In this document: one piece after another, positions 39,563 through 42,568 of the stretch
Numbering within the stretch: position 1 is the stretch's first letter
Layout: the number at the start of each line of letters is the position of its first letter
Source of the DNA: Candidatus Magasanikiibacteriota bacterium
GTDB taxonomy: Bacteria; Patescibacteriota; Patescibacteriia; Magasanikbacterales; GWA2-37-8
Reading direction: 5' to 3'
DNA length: 42,568 nt
Assembly (NCBI GenBank): GCA_036172155.1
Contig: JAVHSM010000033.1
Span: 1 to 42,568 of the forward strand
Program-made: the position numbers and the translations under genes
The notes under the pieces: model-generated
What the model was told of the DNA's origin: nothing
Database searches by the model: none
Seen by the model: only the letters and a program-made list of their open reading frames with translations

Positions 39563-42193
39563 TTAAAGTTGTGCTTCTATTTTATCCAATTTTGCTTGTG
39601 CCTCGGATAATTTTTGATGTTCTTTTTCCACGACAGCTGGCGGAGCATTTTTTACGAATTCTTCGTTAGCCAACTTATTTTCCAAACCATTAATAAATTT
39701 AGTCAAAGATTCGAATTCTTTTTGCAGACGTTCTTTTTCTTTATCCAAGTCAATCGCTCCGGATAATTCAACATATATTTCGACATCACCCTCTACAAAT
39801 CCGGCTGAAGTTTGAGATTTTTGAGCTTTTTCAAGAATTTCCAGACTTTCTAAACGCGCCAGAGATTTAATAATTTCTGAATTTTCTTTGATTAAATTTA
39901 ATTTTTTGCCGGCGCCAATCATGGCTTCCAATTTGAAAACCGGTTCAATTTTATTTTCGGCACGCAAAACGCGGATGCCGGTGACGATATTTCTTATGGT
40001 TTCAAATTGTAAAAGAGATTCCTCCACTACGGTCGGAATGACAGCAGATGGCCATTTTTCAACCATTAAAATTTTATCTGCCCCATAGACTTCGCTCCAA
40101 ATCTGTTCAGTCACAAACGGTATGAAAGGATGCCATAATTTCAAAATGGTATTTAAAATATAATTTAAAATTTCTTCTTTGCCACTTTCCACTTTGGCAA
40201 TTTCCAAATACCAATCCGCAAATTCAGCCCAAGTAAAGGTGCGTAAATTTTCAACTGCCAAAGAAAAATCAGAACGATCTAAAAGTTTTTCCGTTTCAGC
40301 TTTTACTATTTCTAATTTAGATAAAATCCACTTGTCAGACAATGTTTTGGCTTTAGGTTTTAAAATATTTTTATCAGCTTTTTCAATCTGTAAAAAAACA
40401 TAACGAGAAATATTCCAAAGTTTATTAACAAAATTACGCGATCCCTCTATTTTTTCTTTATAAAAAGCTGAATCATTTCCAGGTGAAATACCGGACAACA
40501 AGCTTAAGCGCAGAGCATCACAACCATATTCTTTTATAGCATCAAGTGGGTCAATACCGTTATTGGCTGATTTAGAAAATTTCTTCCCATGCTCATCACG
40601 TAACATGCCGTGTATATACACTTCTTTAAACGGAATAGCATCGACAGCATAGGTGGTCATCAAAATCATTCTAGCCATCCAAAAGAAAATAATTTCATTA
40701 CCCATCTGCATCCAACTAGTCGGATGATATGCACCTATATCCTTAAGATCATCAGGCCAACCCAAAGTAGAAAAAGTCCAAAGACCAGAACTAAACCAAG
40801 TATCCAAAGTATCTTCATCCTGAGACCAACCTTCGCCTTCTGGTGCTTTTAAATCACAATAAATTTCTTCACCTTTATACCATACTGGCACGCGATGTCC
40901 CCACCAAATTTGACGAGAAATACACCAATCACGAAGATTATCTATCCAATTTAAATAAACTTTTTCAAAGCGTTCTGGGGTAATTTTAATTTTTTGATTA
41001 ATATCTCCATTGTGACCAACAGTTACCGCTTCTTTCATTAAATCTTTAAGACTCTTATTTTTACTTGGAATAATTTTGTTAACATCTACAAACCACTGAG
41101 TCAAAGGCAAGGCTTCAACCACATCCCCAAAACGATCTGAAGTACCAACATTTTGTTTTATATCCTCTTCTTTTATTAATAAATTATTTTCTTTTAACCA
41201 TTCAACAAATTTTATACGAGCTTCTATCACGGTTAATCCAACATATTTGTCACCAGCAGCAGCCAACATTTTTCCATCTGTTCCGATTACCGGAACTAAA
41301 TCTATTGGTGTGCCTTGAGCTTTTTGTTTGGAATACATTTCGTAATCAATCGCGCTATGAGCTGGTGTCACACCCAAAGCTCCAGTTCCAAACTCAATTT
41401 CAACACCATCGTCGGCAATAATTTTTATATTCAATGGTTTTTGTGCCCCGACATCAACTACAAAAGTTTGACCAATATATTTTTGATAATGTTCATCTTT
41501 TGGGTTCACAGCCACAGCGGTATCACCTAATTTAGTTTCAGGACGAGTAGAGGAAATAACAAGCGGAAAATCTTTAGAATATTTAAATGTATACATCTTA
41601 GCATCACGCTCGATATGCACCAGTTCATCATCAGAACAAGTAGATTGTCCTTTGACTGACCAATTCACTACTCGATAACCACGATAAATTAAACCATGAT
41701 CATACATTTTTTTAAAAACAATGTTTACCGCTAAACTACGTTTATCATCAAAAGTATAAGCCAAACGAGACCAATCACAACTAGTCCCCATTTTTTTAAT
41801 TTGATTTAAAATAGTAGCCTTGGAACTCTCGGCAAATTCACGAATGATATCTAATAATTTTTCACGGCCATATTCTTCTCGAGGGTGGAGATGACCATGT
41901 TTGATCAAATCTTTTTCAACTTTAGCTTGAGTAGCAACAGCAGCATGGTCTGTACCTGGTAATAATAGTGCTTTTTTACCTTTCATACGCTGATAACGTA
42001 TCATCGTGTCCATCAAGGAATTTTCCAAAGCATGTCCAAGATGTAAAACACCGGTAACATTTGGTGGTGGGAAAAGAATAGAAAACGGCTCTCCTGTTAA
42101 ATTGTCTGGATTAAAAAACCCGCTTTCTTCCCAGCGTTTGTATATTAGATCCTCATATTTTTGGGGTTCGTAAGCTTTAGGCAATTCTCTCAT
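39563..42193 (-). CDS. valS: valine--tRNA ligase
   Basis: 876 aa with PPPNVTGVLHLGHA (HIGH), KFSKSANN (KMSKS), a CP1 editing domain and a C-terminal coiled coil. Confidence 0.95.
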   Translation of the reverse strand: MRELPKAYEPQKYEDLIYKRWEESGFFNPDNLTGEPFSILFPPPNVTGVLHLGHALENSLMDTMIRYQRMKGKKALLLPGTDHAAVATQAKVEKDLIKHGHLHPREEYGREKLLDIIREFAESSKATILNQIKKMGTSCDWSRLAYTFDDKRSLAVNIVFKKMYDHGLIYRGYRVVNWSVKGQSTCSDDELVHIERDAKMYTFKYSKDFPLVISSTRPETKLGDTAVAVNPKDEHYQKYIGQTFVVDVGAQKPLNIKIIADDGVEIEFGTGALGVTPAHSAIDYEMYSKQKAQGTPIDLVPVIGTDGKMLAAAGDKYVGLTVIEARIKFVEWLKENNLLIKEEDIKQNVGTSDRFGDVVEALPLTQWFVDVNKIIPSKNKSLKDLMKEAVTVGHNGDINQKIKITPERFEKVYLNWIDNLRDWCISRQIWWGHRVPVWYKGEEIYCDLKAPEGEGWSQDEDTLDTWFSSGLWTFSTLGWPDDLKDIGAYHPTSWMQMGNEIIFFWMARMILMTTYAVDAIPFKEVYIHGMLRDEHGKKFSKSANNGIDPLDAIKEYGCDALRLSLLSGISPGNDSAFYKEKIEGSRNFVNKLWNISRYVFLQIEKADKNILKPKAKTLSDKWILSKLEIVKAETEKLLDRSDFSLAVENLRTFTWAEFADWYLEIAKVESGKEEILNYILNTILKLWHPFIPFVTEQIWSEVYGADKILMVEKWPSAVIPTVVEESLLQFETIRNIVTGIRVLRAENKIEPVFKLEAMIGAGKKLNLIKENSEIIKSLARLESLEILEKAQKSQTSAGFVEGDVEIYVELSGAIDLDKEKERLQKEFESLTKFINGLENKLANEEFVKNAPPAVVEKEHQKLSEAQAKLDKIEAQL
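40017..40042 (-). repeat. shortened palindromic repeat inside valS, translated in frame
   Basis: In gene sense GTCATTCCGACCGTAGTGGAGGAATC encodes (A)VIPTVVEES. It has the same GTCATTCCGA...GGAGGAATC termini as the 26307-26340 copy. Confidence 0.55.
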
Positions 42194-42252
42194 ATCTAAA
42201 TTTAGCTTAAATTAGCTATTTCATTTAAAAATTAATTTTTTATGACACTAAT

Positions 42253-42281
42253 ATTCTACCTAATTTTATATAATATAGCAA
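42253..42281 (-). promoter_or_regulatory. possible promoter of the valS operon
   Basis: On the minus strand, TTGCTA (42276-42281), a 17-nt spacer, then TAGAAT (42253-42258). The region is very AT-rich, so a chance match is plausible. Confidence 0.3.
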
Positions 42282-42419
42282 GCAAAATTTATTTATGTGT
42301 AATCATAAAAATAAACCATACAGTAAGCCATCCTAGCTATTTTTAAAGTCTGAACTATAATGGTCTGGGAAAACGAGACAACCCATTAAGATACAATTCG
42401 GTGATATAATAGATCAACT

Positions 42420-42555
42420 ATGGGTTTAGAGGCCATTTACCCCAGATTTAAGCCAAATACGAGCCAATCCAACCAACAATACCGCAAGTATCCATATCTT
42501 TTGAAAGGCCTTAAAATTATCCGACCGAACCAAGTGTGGGGCACCGACATTGTTT
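42420..42555 (+). pseudogene. IS3-family transposase (integrase-core) fragment
   Basis: MGLEAIYPRFKPNTSQSNQQYRKYPYLLKGLKIIRPNQVWGTDIV* matches the conserved ...GL.AI.P......YPYLL....I.RPNQVW.TDIT... segment of IS3/IS150 OrfB. There is a stop 5 codons upstream and a premature stop right after TDI. No OrfA or inverted repeat is visible before the window ends. Confidence 0.6.
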
Positions 42556-42568
42556 GAGCGCGCAAGCG

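Noticed and set aside
13047-40042. The recurring GTCATTCC...GGAATC repeats as a CRISPR array.
   Set aside because: The copies are scattered over 27 kb, vary in length and orientation, are internally palindromic, and are not separated by regular spacers. No cas genes are present.
1-42568. Possible alternative genetic code (UGA read as sense, as in some CPR lineages).
   Set aside because: All conserved genes, including valS, argS, glyQS, tyrS and mreB, are full length under the standard code, and they end at stop codons where expected.

Overview
This window is gene-dense and low in G+C (about one third by eye). Nearly all genes are on the minus strand. The content is mostly housekeeping and looks like a small-genome, CPR/Patescibacteria-like bacterium; that assignment is inference from gene content only.

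Confidently recognised genes:
- Translation and tRNA charging: glyQS, argS, tyrS, valS, frr, rplJ-rplL, and rpmG and rpmB (both absent from the ORF track).
- DNA and nucleotide metabolism: holB, xseA/xseB, an archaeal-type pyrH, pyrD, ndk.
- Other: tpiA, mreB, bactofilin, M16 and M50 peptidases, GT4 and processive GT2 glycosyltransferases, two histidine kinases with no response regulator nearby, and a MazEF-like toxin-antitoxin pair.
- Five tRNA genes: Trp (partial), Tyr, Thr x2 and Leu.

Observations worth a second look:
1. tRNA-Tyr(GUA) is interrupted in its anticodon loop by a 185-nt ORF-less group I intron resembling the Azoarcus IC3 intron. A free-standing HTH plus LAGLIDADG-like ORF sits immediately beside it.
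2. Two sharply G+C-rich patches lie in the AT-rich background. One (11.95-12.5 kb) is unusually dense in perfect hairpins and is either a small foreign ORF or a large structured RNA. The other (32.3-33.6 kb) encodes a COG5322/acyl-ACP-reductase-like oxidoreductase next to the toxin-antitoxin module.
3. A family of short palindromic GTCATTCC...GGAATC repeats occurs in intergenic regions, in 5' leaders, and in frame inside intact genes (GT4, argS, valS), much like Rickettsia palindromic elements.
4. A roughly 110-nt multi-hairpin element is present twice, each time between convergent genes, with compensatory stem changes between the copies.
5. There are large orphan proteins of 879 aa and 754 aa, and an IS3-type transposase fragment at the right edge.

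No CRISPR array, rRNA gene or intact mobile element was seen.
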